Shown: positions 45,522 to 55,003, counted from the stretch's first letter. The stretch is 64,000 nucleotides of DNA from an uncultured virus (IMG/VR IMGVR_UViG_3300025120_000033) (IMGVR_UViG_3300025120_000033); one strand, 5' to 3'. Numbers and translations: made by a program. The notes: generated by a model from the sequence alone, not told the origin.

Positions 45522-47410
45522 TAGCGTCTTCCGCTAGGCTGAATGTCAATCCTTGTAGATCCCAGCCGCCATTTGTAGCCCAACTGTTGTGTGGCGTCGT
45601 CGTCACTCTCAAACCGCAAGACAATCTGCCTAGCCCTGCTTCTCACGTTACTAAACTTTGAGCTTTGAGTAACCTGAGTCGTTGAATCTGTGGTTAAAGT
45701 TTCATTGTTGTAGTCTCGGCGCTTTAACACAAGATTCATAGCGGGCGTAGTCCCTACACCCGTTTGAGTAAAAAACGCCAAGTCTGGAATAATTTTTTTA
45801 ACAAAAGCAAATTGATCGCCATCGCCAATGGCAATGTCCGCTGACTCAATAAACACGCCATCCATAGCGGATTCGTTGTCGTCGTATCCACTTTCTTGCA
45901 AATAGTTTACATAGCTTCCAGCTTCTATGCCTGAAGCAATGGGGTTATTCTCTACGCCAGAATCTATCCAAGAGTACCTGATCAGAGATCCAATAGACCA
46001 AGTATTTTCTTCATAGTTAAAAATAACGTAGCGAGATATCTCTTCGGTGCCGTCAGTGAGTGACGGATAGAAGAACCACATCTCACCAAACTCACTGTTC
46101 AGTCCCATATGACATTTAAATGCTTGGCTTAGATCTATGTCCTCGAAAACGTATTCCTGAACAGAGCAAGGAAGCTTTGTAACAGTTCCCGAGTAAAGAT
46201 AGAACCCAGCCTTGCTTGCAAAGAAAACGCCTGCCGAAGAGGCCACTGCCGCCTTGGGGCCAATTAAACCAGCGCCCTCATTAATTAAATTGATGGCAAA
46301 AGTTAGCGGTGGGCCAATAAATGCCATGCTGTACAGGGCGGTGTCTGTCCAGATCAATACTTCTTGCTGTGATTTTAATCCACCAACGATCAGTGATCCA
46401 GAGGAAAGTCTGACGCTACCTGCGCTGTTTGTTGCAAGCGGCTCAAATTCTAATTCGTTTTCGCTGTCAGAGAACGCAACCAACATTGGGTCAAGAGTGC
46501 CAGTCCTAGATCCGCCTGATATCGGATCGGCGCCAAGCACTATCAAGTGCCTGTCGGTTTCGGAAGTAATAACCTGAAGTGCCGCCGTAGGAACTAAGTT
46601 GGCGCCAGTGGCAGTAGCCAAATCTAACGCCCGAGTGCCTAACCCGTTATTCTCGACCCATCGGTAAATGGAGCCGCCTCTAGGGTTAATTATTAAGTTC
46701 TCACCGTAATTGTCGTGCGTCCAAAGACGCAACTGATTCAGAAATCCTATTGAGGAAGATGAACCAAACGCGCCAGATCCCCAAGCGTTTACTCCCCAGC
46801 CAGTGCCAGATACAAAATTGTCTAGCCCAACACTAATTTGATAAGTGCCTCTGGTGCTTCCCCCACTGTTACCGCTATCACCACTGGTCGCCTGTACAAC
46901 ATTTCCGCTAGTGTCTTTAGTAGTAATTATGTAAGTGTTCGCCCCAGTGACTAATAGTATTTGATACTCTTGATTTAAAACAGCCGCAGTGATTGCTCCG
47001 CCTAGAGTCGCGGCGCCGTCGAAAGTAACAAAATCCCCAGTAACAGCACCATGGCTAACGTCATTTACGGCTAAGGTGGTTGATCCGTTTGTGGCGCTAA
47101 ATGTAACGTCACCAGCGCTGGTGGTAGACCGAATTGGCGTGACGTCATAATATATGTCACCGCTTTCGATGTAATACTTAAAAGTTGTGCCTGTGCCTAA
47201 AAGCCTTGTACCGCCCAAGGTTATCCAACTGTGTAGAGCTCGCGCAATTCCCAGAAAAGTATTCTGGCCGAGCGTAACCCATCCGCCAATTTTCTCGGCT
47301 CTCGACTTTCTGAAGCGTATAAGGTTACCGTCAACCCACCCCCCAGATGCGGAGTAATCAGTCTCTTCTTTGTTGATACCCGGCTGAAACTCTACTTTTG
47401 ACAGCGGCAT
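45521..47410 (-). CDS. Tail nozzle/packaged-DNA stabilisation-like protein
   Basis: 629 aa beta-rich, PGINKE.T.Y...W.DG..IRF, ends LG..RIDIQPSGRR. Confidence 0.65.
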   Translation of the reverse strand: MPLSKVEFQPGINKEETDYSASGGWVDGNLIRFRKSRAEKIGGWVTLGQNTFLGIARALHSWITLGGTRLLGTGTTFKYYIESGDIYYDVTPIRSTTSAGDVTFSATNGSTTLAVNDVSHGAVTGDFVTFDGAATLGGAITAAVLNQEYQILLVTGANTYIITTKDTSGNVVQATSGDSGNSGGSTRGTYQISVGLDNFVSGTGWGVNAWGSGAFGSSSSIGFLNQLRLWTHDNYGENLIINPRGGSIYRWVENNGLGTRALDLATATGANLVPTAALQVITSETDRHLIVLGADPISGGSRTGTLDPMLVAFSDSENELEFEPLATNSAGSVRLSSGSLIVGGLKSQQEVLIWTDTALYSMAFIGPPLTFAINLINEGAGLIGPKAAVASSAGVFFASKAGFYLYSGTVTKLPCSVQEYVFEDIDLSQAFKCHMGLNSEFGEMWFFYPSLTDGTEEISRYVIFNYEENTWSIGSLIRYSWIDSGVENNPIASGIEAGSYVNYLQESGYDDNESAMDGVFIESADIAIGDGDQFAFVKKIIPDLAFFTQTGVGTTPAMNLVLKRRDYNNETLTTDSTTQVTQSSKFSNVRSRARQIVLRFESDDDATQQLGYKWRLGSTRIDIQPSGRR

Positions 47411-47416
47411 ATAGCA

Positions 47417-47842
47417 TTAAGCCAGTCGAATAATAGCGCCAGTCGCCGTAGGGCTAGGAAAGACCACGGTAAAGTCTCCAGCGTTCGAGGTTTTATTTTC
47501 GCCAAAGTCAACCGAGCAAACAGCCTTATCACTATTCGTATCGTTGTAAATCAAGCAACCCCTAGCCGTAACCGTTACATTCGAGAAGGTCAAGTCTGAG
47601 AAGTCGCAGACAGCGGTTGTGCCTGTGGCAAACGGGGTCACGTTAGTCAAAGCATTTCCGCCAGCGGTGTAGTTCGTGCCAGAAGATTGCCCCGCCGTAA
47701 CGTAAGCCGTTGTGCCAGAACCAAGGTTGGCACTACTAGTATAAAGCGCCAGCTTAAAAGAGTTCGCGCCGTTGGTAAAATTATGCGTTCCAACAAGCAA
47801 CTCTTGCTTGAAGGATACTGCGATTGCAGATGCTATAGCCAT
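47417..47842 (-). CDS. Conserved phage structural (tail) protein
   Basis: SFKQELL.G.HNF...FKLALYT...TARGCLIYN. Confidence 0.7.
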   Translation of the reverse strand: MAIASAIAVSFKQELLVGTHNFTNGANSFKLALYTSSANLGSGTTAYVTAGQSSGTNYTAGGNALTNVTPFATGTTAVCDFSDLTFSNVTVTARGCLIYNDTNSDKAVCSVDFGENKTSNAGDFTVVFPSPTATGAIIRLA

Positions 47843-48133
47843 TTACATCTCCTTGAGAATTTTTGCTATTTCTGAATGCCCAATGCTGTTAAACTTATTA
47901 GACATCGTAGTGCGATCAGAGGCAATTGCACTCTTCATCCCATTTAGTATAACACCGTAAATGGCTCCACGGAAAGCCAACGCCTGCTCTTTTATGTGGG
48001 GCGCCGCCTGCTCAGAAATTCCACAAATCCTGTTTGTGGTTTTTTCCGCCCAAAACTCTACGTCGTGGCCCTTGTTGTTCGTGGTTTCAACGGTAAGCTT
48101 TCCCATCGAAAACCCGATATTATCATTAATCAT
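47843..48133 (-). CDS. Hypothetical virion-operon protein
   Basis: Operon context. Confidence 0.65.
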   Translation of the reverse strand: MINDNIGFSMGKLTVETTNNKGHDVEFWAEKTTNRICGISEQAAPHIKEQALAFRGAIYGVILNGMKSAIASDRTTMSNKFNSIGHSEIAKILKEM

Positions 48134-48855
48134 CCTTTGTATGGCTCCGGTGATGTGGGCATCTTGATGGTTTCAAGATTGTGTTTCTGAACCATCGTTG
48201 AGAGTTGAGATCTTGGGCAAAGTATCCAATCGCCTTCAGGACTAGCCATGGCGACAAGCGGGTCGGCAAGTCTGTGATAGCCATACAGGCGCTCAGTAAC
48301 TGGCACGTTTGAATCGAGCAACGTCGATCTAGGAGATACGCCAATCTTAATTTTAGCGTCAATGCACTTGGAAATCCAAAACTCTAGGCAAGCTCTGCCA
48401 GCCTCGGCAAAGTAAATATTCTCTTTATAGCTAAAGTCCATGCCAAAAAGATCCATCTCGGCAACTTCTGCCCACAAACCAAAGGCTATGCTGTACGCCG
48501 CAGTGGTATTTAAATAGGCGCATTTGCCTTCGGTACACACTTCGGCAAGTGGATACTCAACAATCGCTGGTACGCGGTCGTCTTTCTCGCATGAATAAAT
48601 AGGTTTTGTTACGCTTGGTAACAGTCTTCGCATGACTTCGGTTTGGTTGCCAGCATCTTCCGTGTCAAGATAACGGCTTGCTGGATCCATCATAAATACT
48701 CTGTCGTAGTCGTAAGCGGCTACCGCAGAGTTGATTACCCAGACCTCATCCCATTGTTTAGAGTTTTCCAGACCGATTATAAAATCGATCTGAGAGGCGC
48801 CAAGCCCGATTATTGCTATTTTCTTACCTTTGAGTTCTTTTGGTTTCTTCATCAA
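48130..48855 (-). CDS. Rossmann-like transferase (GT29/DUF115-like)
   Basis: KIAIIGLGAS...VWVIN...LFGMDF pattern. Confidence 0.5.
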   Translation of the reverse strand: MMKKPKELKGKKIAIIGLGASQIDFIIGLENSKQWDEVWVINSAVAAYDYDRVFMMDPASRYLDTEDAGNQTEVMRRLLPSVTKPIYSCEKDDRVPAIVEYPLAEVCTEGKCAYLNTTAAYSIAFGLWAEVAEMDLFGMDFSYKENIYFAEAGRACLEFWISKCIDAKIKIGVSPRSTLLDSNVPVTERLYGYHRLADPLVAMASPEGDWILCPRSQLSTMVQKHNLETIKMPTSPEPYKG

Positions 48856-49502
48856 GTAACGCCCGTGCGAAGTAGATCATATCGATATTCATCTCGGCTC
48901 GCCCTGCCTTCGCTAGAGTTCTTCATTCTAGCTACCGCTTGGTTGAACCGAGTCTCGATGGAAGCTACGACGTCGGGGGTTTCTTTTAGGAATATAGCGG
49001 CCTCTGCTAAGGTGCCGTACAACAGCGCATCCGAATACTCTGTGGATAACAGCGTACTGGTTGAGTCGTCATTACCCAGCGTGATGCTGTTGGGTTTGTA
49101 CAGATAGTGCAACTCTACGTCGTGCTGTGCGCTCGGGACTGGCGCCAATGCAAAAGACGCCTGATCAAATAGACTGTAATATTTCGGGCGCCCTGTCACA
49201 GTAGTATCTGGACTATATTCTTTTAAAAAGCTTGGGTGCTTATAAATCAAATAATGATACTTATTTGAATCAATTACAGCCAGAGAAAAGGGCGCGTAAA
49301 AATCTGTTGGCGTTGCCAAAAACCTATTGTTTTGCGACAACAACCCAGCGACGTTTTTTCTCTGCTCTGGAAGCTGAACCAACGAAAATATTCTGTCCTC
49401 GCTCTCTCTAATAAACTCATCGAGATTGTCGTTGAACGTCGTCTCGTCAACTTGCATATAATTCTGCACAGCAGTTTTCAGTGTTCCAAGCGTGAAACTC
49501 AT
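48852..49502 (-). CDS. Head-tail adaptor-like protein
   Basis: GRPKYY...LAPVP...LLYGTLAEA. Confidence 0.7.
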   Translation of the reverse strand: MSFTLGTLKTAVQNYMQVDETTFNDNLDEFIRESEDRIFSLVQLPEQRKNVAGLLSQNNRFLATPTDFYAPFSLAVIDSNKYHYLIYKHPSFLKEYSPDTTVTGRPKYYSLFDQASFALAPVPSAQHDVELHYLYKPNSITLGNDDSTSTLLSTEYSDALLYGTLAEAAIFLKETPDVVASIETRFNQAVARMKNSSEGRASRDEYRYDLLRTGVT

Positions 49503-49825
49503 GTTATCGTAACTCCCACTGTGCCAACATTAGCACTCATTGCAAAAGTTTGCAACTTTGTGCCTAACATTCCATCTTTGTAATTTGTGTATACTAAAAA
49601 GTTTGCGTAAAAATCGTTGCCATTCGACGATGGGTCTGGTCTTGGGTCTTTAAGCGCCTGCGGATCTACCGCCGTAGGCTTGGGCATTAACTGCGGCTCT
49701 TTGGGCGACCATTGATCCGGCCCAACCAACAAGCCATCCCAAGTCTTTCGCATATCTCTCAGGCGATAGCGAAATCCAGTGATATCGCAAATCCCGTATG
49801 CCAGCCTGTCGGATGCGTAAGCCAT
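49499..49825 (-). CDS. Conserved virion-operon protein
   Basis: CDITGFRY...WDGLLV...DPQALKDPRP. Confidence 0.7.
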   Translation of the reverse strand: MAYASDRLAYGICDITGFRYRLRDMRKTWDGLLVGPDQWSPKEPQLMPKPTAVDPQALKDPRPDPSSNGNDFYANFLVYTNYKDGMLGTKLQTFAMSANVGTVGVTIT

Positions 49826-50517
49826 TAGCTAAGATTATAGCCGCGCAAGTCTGGGGCTACTCTGAAAGATACTCTATCTTGATCTTGAGACAAAGCACGC
49901 TCAAACTCTTCTTCGTAAAGTTGCTTGAGCATAGATACTTTTTCTGGCGCACGCTTTAAGGCAATATAGTAAGCCAACCCAGCGGCAAGGCACGGATAAA
50001 AGCGAAAAGGCATTTGCAGGGTATTGGCGCCAACATCGGCATCATCCATTCTTGTCAGGGCATTAATGTATAGAGAGTAGCTGGTTGAGCTTGGTACAGG
50101 CCACACCGTGATTGTGGGGGTAATTTGCTTGTCCACAAAATACTGGTTTGGCTTACCAGTCGTGCTCTTGGTCGAAAGATTTCCATACTCGGATCGGCTC
50201 ATGCGAGTCATTGGTACGTCAGTCACCTGAGATCCAATTGTCTCGCGCACAAAAACATCCAAAACGTCAATCGTCGCGGTGGGGTTGGCGGCATCTATCG
50301 TATAAACAGCCGTGCCCTCTACCATCGGCAAAACTTTTTGACTGATCGTCCATTGGTTTAAACCGCGATTCGCCCACTCTGACAGCATAAGGTTTAAGCT
50401 TCGATTGGCCGATTTTAAGTCGTAACCAGTTCGTAGCTCCAAGCCACAGCGCTCGAATGCTTCTTCGACGTAATCAGCAACGTCTAACTCAAATGTTTTG
50501 GTTCCGCTTACAGCCAT
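49825..50517 (-). CDS. Head-tail adaptor/tail tubular-like protein
   Basis: EEAFERCG...RSLNLMLSEWANRG...PFRFYPCLAAGLAYY. Confidence 0.7.
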   Translation of the reverse strand: MAVSGTKTFELDVADYVEEAFERCGLELRTGYDLKSANRSLNLMLSEWANRGLNQWTISQKVLPMVEGTAVYTIDAANPTATIDVLDVFVRETIGSQVTDVPMTRMSRSEYGNLSTKSTTGKPNQYFVDKQITPTITVWPVPSSTSYSLYINALTRMDDADVGANTLQMPFRFYPCLAAGLAYYIALKRAPEKVSMLKQLYEEEFERALSQDQDRVSFRVAPDLRGYNLS

Positions 50518-50891
50518 TATGGTCGCCGTAAATTATTTTTACCAATATTGGGCATACCGCCGCCCTTCATTCCAACAGGCTTCATTTTGCCGCCGCCCAT
50601 CTTGTTTTGAGTCCTGCCGAACAAACCGCAGTTCATGTTTGATGGAGCACGCACTTTACTGGAGGCCGCGCCGCCCATGTTCATTTTTCTTGGCATTCCG
50701 CCATCCTTTAAGCCAAGTTCTTTTTTGGCAAATTTTCTTTCTTTAGCAGTGACCGCCGCGCCCGATTCTTTTTTCAAGAGCTTGTTTACAAGTTTGTCTA
50801 TTTCGGCGTTAGAAATTGCCGCGCCCGATTCTCTTTTCAAGGCTTTCGCGGCTTTTTTTACGGCAGTAATGTTTTTATCTACGTTTGGCAT
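50517..50891 (-). CDS. Basic protein with multiple GG motifs
   Basis: LKDGGM, MNMGGA, MKGGGM; two ESGAA repeats. Confidence 0.65.
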   Translation of the reverse strand: MPNVDKNITAVKKAAKALKRESGAAISNAEIDKLVNKLLKKESGAAVTAKERKFAKKELGLKDGGMPRKMNMGGAASSKVRAPSNMNCGLFGRTQNKMGGGKMKPVGMKGGGMPNIGKNNLRRP

Positions 50892-52099
50892 TATCGTCCT
50901 CCTCGGAACATTGGGTTTCTGCCCATCATCATTGGTCTTGGAGCGCCAGTCTTTACGGTGCTACCGCCGCCACTGATTGTTCTTGGGCCATCCATTTTAA
51001 CTGGGTTTACAGCGTTCTGCGCTTGCATGGCTTTAATTCTAGCCATTAGTGCTTCTCTATCAAAAGCCCCGCCCATAAAAGAATTGTTGGGCATTTGCGC
51101 CATCAAAGATTCCGGTGTCGTCGCAGGTGCCGCCTCTGGCGCCACTGCCTGTGTTGGGATGTTGAAGTTGCCTCCAAAGCCACCGAAATTCATGTTGCCC
51201 AGTCGCTCTCGCAAAGCCGCCAGTTCTTCTGGGCTCATCGTCATCGCAGGATTTGCGGCAGGGGCCGCTTGATTAGCCGCTACCTTTGCCTGCATTTCAT
51301 CAATGCGGGCCTGCATATCTGGGGTTAGCAAGAAGGAGCCGCCGCCCGGTAAGGATATTCTTGTGCCTGCGGGATCTGCCGTCACATCCTCCATCACTGG
51401 GTCTGGCACAATTGTCTCTGGGGCCGTAAATTCTGTAGGAAAACGAATATCAGGCATTATTTCCGGCCTAGGCGCGGAATTAATGATGGGCTCTGGGGCC
51501 GTAACTTCTGGAGGAAAACGAATATCAGGCATTATTTCCGGCCTAGGCGCGGAATTAATGATGGGCTCGTCAAAAACGTCCATTGGTTCGTTGAGCTCTT
51601 CAGGAGTTCTGGTGTCAATGTCGCTGGGATCTATTGGCCCAAGATCAACTCCGTAAGCCTCATCTACAGGCGGTGGTACAAAACCATAGCCGCGTTCACT
51701 AGCGGGAGTGTCCAAAAGATACTGAAAGTCCGCATAAGGTGACGGCCCTGCTTCGGCTTGAGGTGGAGCTATCTGATCATAAAGAGGGCTATTTCCGCCG
51801 CCTTGTAACGCCGCCAGCAAATCCGAAATCCCACCCGCTTGTGCTCGGGGCTGTTGCATAAGGGGCGGTGGAGGTGGCATTCGCCCGCCGCCGAATATAG
51901 GTGGCAACAAGGGAATTGAATCTGGCCTAGGCATTGGCATCGGCGTTCTCATTGGAGGCATCTGCGTTGTCGTTTCAAGAAACGGCCCTTGGCCTGTCAT
52001 ATTGTCGCGATCCATTGGAGGAAAACGAATATCAGGCGCCTGATTTGGGCGCTGTGTTTTAGATGTGAAGAGCGGTGTTGGATTTCTAAAAAAAGCCAT
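50891..52099 (-). CDS. Pro/Met-rich low-complexity protein
   Basis: 402-aa ORF with internal 25-aa duplication. Confidence 0.65.
   Translation of the reverse strand: MAFFRNPTPLFTSKTQRPNQAPDIRFPPMDRDNMTGQGPFLETTTQMPPMRTPMPMPRPDSIPLLPPIFGGGRMPPPPPLMQQPRAQAGGISDLLAALQGGGNSPLYDQIAPPQAEAGPSPYADFQYLLDTPASERGYGFVPPPVDEAYGVDLGPIDPSDIDTRTPEELNEPMDVFDEPIINSAPRPEIMPDIRFPPEVTAPEPIINSAPRPEIMPDIRFPTEFTAPETIVPDPVMEDVTADPAGTRISLPGGGSFLLTPDMQARIDEMQAKVAANQAAPAANPAMTMSPEELAALRERLGNMNFGGFGGNFNIPTQAVAPEAAPATTPESLMAQMPNNSFMGGAFDREALMARIKAMQAQNAVNPVKMDGPRTISGGGSTVKTGAPRPMMMGRNPMFRGGR
51416..51568. repeat. 75-bp tandem duplication (x2)
   Basis: Units start at 51416 and 51491, encoding EPIINSAPRPEIMPDIRFP; partial third copy at ~52018. 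Confidence 0.9.
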
Positions 52100-52105
52100 A
52101 ATTAA

Positions 52106-52399
52106 TTACCAATTTTTGCAAGACCAATAGCTTGGGGCAAATACATCTTTCTTCTTCTGCACCGAGTCGCAATTGTGCCTAGCCCGAAAGGACTTACGCC
52201 TTTCTGGTTGATTAACTTTTATTTTCATGTTCGGGTCGCCATATCTAACCAACTTGATTTGGTCGCCCTTTTTTGCCAAAACTTTAAACTTTTTCTTTCC
52301 ACCAGAAGTTCTTACCTGCTTATTGTAAGCAGGAAAAGACTCACCCCTATAGGTGAGCCTTCCCGATTTGCTTCTTGTGACGTCTTTCGTCGTAGCCAT
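52106..52399 (-). CDS. Small basic conserved phage protein
   Basis: KLVRYGDPNM...RRKSFRARHNC...YWSCKNW. Confidence 0.75.
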   Translation of the reverse strand: MATTKDVTRSKSGRLTYRGESFPAYNKQVRTSGGKKKFKVLAKKGDQIKLVRYGDPNMKIKVNQPERRKSFRARHNCDSVQKKKDVFAPSYWSCKNW

Positions 52400-52400
52400 T

Positions 52401-53027
52401 CTAGGCGTGGAAGACGGTCATGTTGGCGAAGTCAGCTACATCATAGAGCAAAAATATTCCGTCCGTGAACAAAATACCCTCGTCAGGAATAGTCACATCC
52501 CTGCTCACAGTAGCAGAAGCAACCGTTCCCAATTTTAATTGAGACGCGCCTGTGACGCCTGTGGTGACAAAGTTTAAGATGCCAGCGCTTGTACTGCACA
52601 CAATAAACGTGCCTTGCAATCGAGCTCTTCCGCCATAAATGTTCACAGCCACCGCATCGGACATTCCGAGGCTTACATTTTGTGCTGGCTGAGCGCTAAC
52701 AACCGCCCCACTTATAGTTTTAAAATACAAAGAACCAACAACTGTGGCCGCGCTTCCGAGCATCGTAAGCTCTTCAGACTGAGCCGCACCGTTAATGTCT
52801 GTACCCGTGATGGTTGCTTTCTTGCCAGCGTCGTTCGTACTTGTCGTCGTAACCGAAACTTTACGGGCACTAGCAAAAACTACCGCACCACCATCGGCGT
52901 CAGTGCCGTTAATAGTGAAGGCGCTCGTTGGACGTTGGTTGGCGGCAATCGATGCAACGTCAGCCGCATTTGTATCCGCCTCTACGAAAATCGCAGAAGC
53001 GTCAGAGCCAGTAAATCTTGAGCCCAT
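52401..53027 (-). CDS. Virion structural protein
   Basis: Beta-rich Ala/Thr/Gly; position after capsid. Confidence 0.65.
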   Translation of the reverse strand: MGSRFTGSDASAIFVEADTNAADVASIAANQRPTSAFTINGTDADGGAVVFASARKVSVTTTSTNDAGKKATITGTDINGAAQSEELTMLGSAATVVGSLYFKTISGAVVSAQPAQNVSLGMSDAVAVNIYGGRARLQGTFIVCSTSAGILNFVTTGVTGASQLKLGTVASATVSRDVTIPDEGILFTDGIFLLYDVADFANMTVFHA

Positions 53028-53042
53028 GTCGCTTCTCCTTGG

Positions 53043-53753
53043 TTATCGTTCGATTGAGGCGATCACATAATCCAATGTCATGCTCTTAGCCGCCGCCGCA
53101 CCATTCTGAATGCCAAACGAAACGGTTAAATCTTCGTCGTCTGTAACATTTGTCAGCGTAGCTTGAGAAGCAACGTGTACATCATCAACAAAGATCTTGA
53201 ACGCACCCGCTCCGTCTTGACCGCCGTTTGGATCGTAGTGGAAAGCAACAGTGATAAAAGTATCGTCTACCATTACATGAATGTCTTCGTTTGCCGTAAC
53301 CGCGTTATTCTTTTCGATGTTGAAATCAAGACCAGTGCCGCCGTCAACTTTGATGAAATAGAGGCCATCGGTAGTATCAAGAGGTGTAGTGTCGGTGATT
53401 CCAAGACCCATCACGAAGTCTGACTGGGTAGCGTCACTGACTTTAAACCGAGCTTTGAAGAAAAGATTCTTGTTGGCAACATATCGGAAACCTTCGCCCT
53501 TCAACTGCAAGAAGTCGAGATCGTCGTCGCCCGCGTCATTGAGGATCTGCAAAAGACCGCCAGAGCCAGATACTAAGCCCTCGGTAGCATCTCCGCCGCC
53601 AGCTTCGGTAGTTGTGATCGTCCAGTCAGCCGCAGTGTAAGTAAAGAAGTCGTTCGCGTAAGTCGCGTACTTGAAAGGATCCAAGTAAGGGTAATCATAC
53701 AGTGGGTCGCCAACTTGTTGATTGGACACGCCGTTTTTAAAGTGTGTAGGCAT
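53043..53753 (-). CDS. Virion structural protein (capsid-associated)
   Basis: MPTHFKNGV start after AGGAG RBS. Confidence 0.65.
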   Translation of the reverse strand: MPTHFKNGVSNQQVGDPLYDYPYLDPFKYATYANDFFTYTAADWTITTTEAGGGDATEGLVSGSGGLLQILNDAGDDDLDFLQLKGEGFRYVANKNLFFKARFKVSDATQSDFVMGLGITDTTPLDTTDGLYFIKVDGGTGLDFNIEKNNAVTANEDIHVMVDDTFITVAFHYDPNGGQDGAGAFKIFVDDVHVASQATLTNVTDDEDLTVSFGIQNGAAAAKSMTLDYVIASIER

Positions 53754-53852
53754 AACAGTTTCTCCTAGAAAACCAGCGCGTAATTGCGCCATTAGCTACA
53801 GTGAGTCCCAAGTATACCGCACAGTTTTTAACAAAAATAGTTTATTTTATTT

Positions 53853-53894
53853 GTACAAACACTTGCACAACGACACGATATGTGAGACTATAGC
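53853..53894 (+). promoter_or_regulatory. Early promoter driving inserted 3-gene island
   Basis: ACTTGCACAACGACACGATATGTGAGACTATAGC, same as 18895-18928. Confidence 0.8.
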
Positions 53895-53930
53895 TGTGTA
53901 GTCAATCAACGGCAGAAAGGAGAAAGAAAA

Positions 53931-54326
53931 ATGAATGAAGTTAAGGTATATCACAGTGCAATGTTTGGCCGTCCAGATAGTGGCTTTTCTCTGGTAGCAA
54001 AAGTAGCGGTTCCTGAAGACAAAGATCCCATGGATTGCCTTGAGTATGCCTTTCGTTGGACTAACAACGTCAACGGATCTTGGTCAAAAGAAGAGGTGAT
54101 ATCTTACATGAATGAATACGGTGACTCTGTGACAGAGGCCAACGGGGATTACAACAAAGATGTTACTTCATTGGCCATCCTAGAAGATGGGCTTGGCGCC
54201 AGATCAACTTCAGTTGAAGATCGAATGATTTTAAACGGTGTTGTTTACAAAGTGGCTGGTTGCGGATTTGAGGAGCTTGATCTAACGCCAGCAGAAATTA
54301 ATGTTGACCTCTTTAACCGAAAATAG
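53931..54326 (+). CDS. Hypothetical protein (island)
   Basis: AAGGAG RBS; RSTSVEDRM. Confidence 0.75.
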   Translation: MNEVKVYHSAMFGRPDSGFSLVAKVAVPEDKDPMDCLEYAFRWTNNVNGSWSKEEVISYMNEYGDSVTEANGDYNKDVTSLAILEDGLGARSTSVEDRMILNGVVYKVAGCGFEELDLTPAEINVDLFNRK

Positions 54327-54337
54327 GAGAACGTAAG

Positions 54338-54607
54338 ATGATTGATAAAAAAACTGAAACCGTAATTGCTAAAGCAAAAGCATTTTGCGAAGCAAATTAT
54401 GAAAATGGATTTGACGAGTTTGTCGAGTGTTATAGCGACGCTGATTGGCTTGAAGAAGCAAAGTATGAAGATTATCACGAAAAAGTCATTAGCGGTGAAG
54501 TGAAGGAAGGAGAAACTATGACTTGGCGTGACCTAAAAGCCAAAATCAAGTGGGTCAAGACAATACGCGCTGATTATGCCGCAGAGTGCAGGGCGTCTTG
54601 GGATTGA
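54338..54607 (+). CDS. Hypothetical protein (island)
   Basis: AGGAG RBS. Confidence 0.7.
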   Translation: MIDKKTETVIAKAKAFCEANYENGFDEFVECYSDADWLEEAKYEDYHEKVISGEVKEGETMTWRDLKAKIKWVKTIRADYAAECRASWD

Positions 54608-54647
54608 TAATTTAACCGCCCCCTGCGGGGGGCATAGGAGATACAAA

Positions 54648-54950
54648 ATGAACAGAGAAAGACGCAAAAAAATTGCCAAAATACAGGGTAGCTTGGGGCA
54701 GATTGAGCAGTCATTAGATGCGCTAAAAGAGCAAGCGCAGGAGATGCTCGACGATTTAAACGAAGTAATGGAAGAGGAACAAGAGTACCTCGACAATATG
54801 CCCGAGAATCTTCAAGATTCAGAAAAAGCAGAAACTGCAAATGAAGCCGTTGAGAATCTTCAAGAAGCAATTTGTTTGCTCGAAGAGATTGCCGATCTTG
54901 ACTTTGATCAGGAAGAAATCAACGAAAAAATTGACGCGGCCTGCAATTAA
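54648..54950 (+). CDS. Acidic coiled-coil protein (island)
   Basis: MNRERRKKI...EEQEYLDNMPENLQDSEK; after hairpin-RBS. Confidence 0.75.
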   Translation: MNRERRKKIAKIQGSLGQIEQSLDALKEQAQEMLDDLNEVMEEEQEYLDNMPENLQDSEKAETANEAVENLQEAICLLEEIADLDFDQEEINEKIDAACN

Positions 54951-54955
54951 GGCAT

Positions 54956-54984
54956 AAAAAAAGGGAGCCATAAGCTCCCTTTTT
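54956..54984. terminator. Bidirectional rho-independent terminator
   Basis: A7-GGGAGC-CATAA-GCTCCC-T5 between convergent genes. Confidence 0.85.
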
Positions 54985-55003
54985 CGATTTACAGCCTTTG
55001 GGA

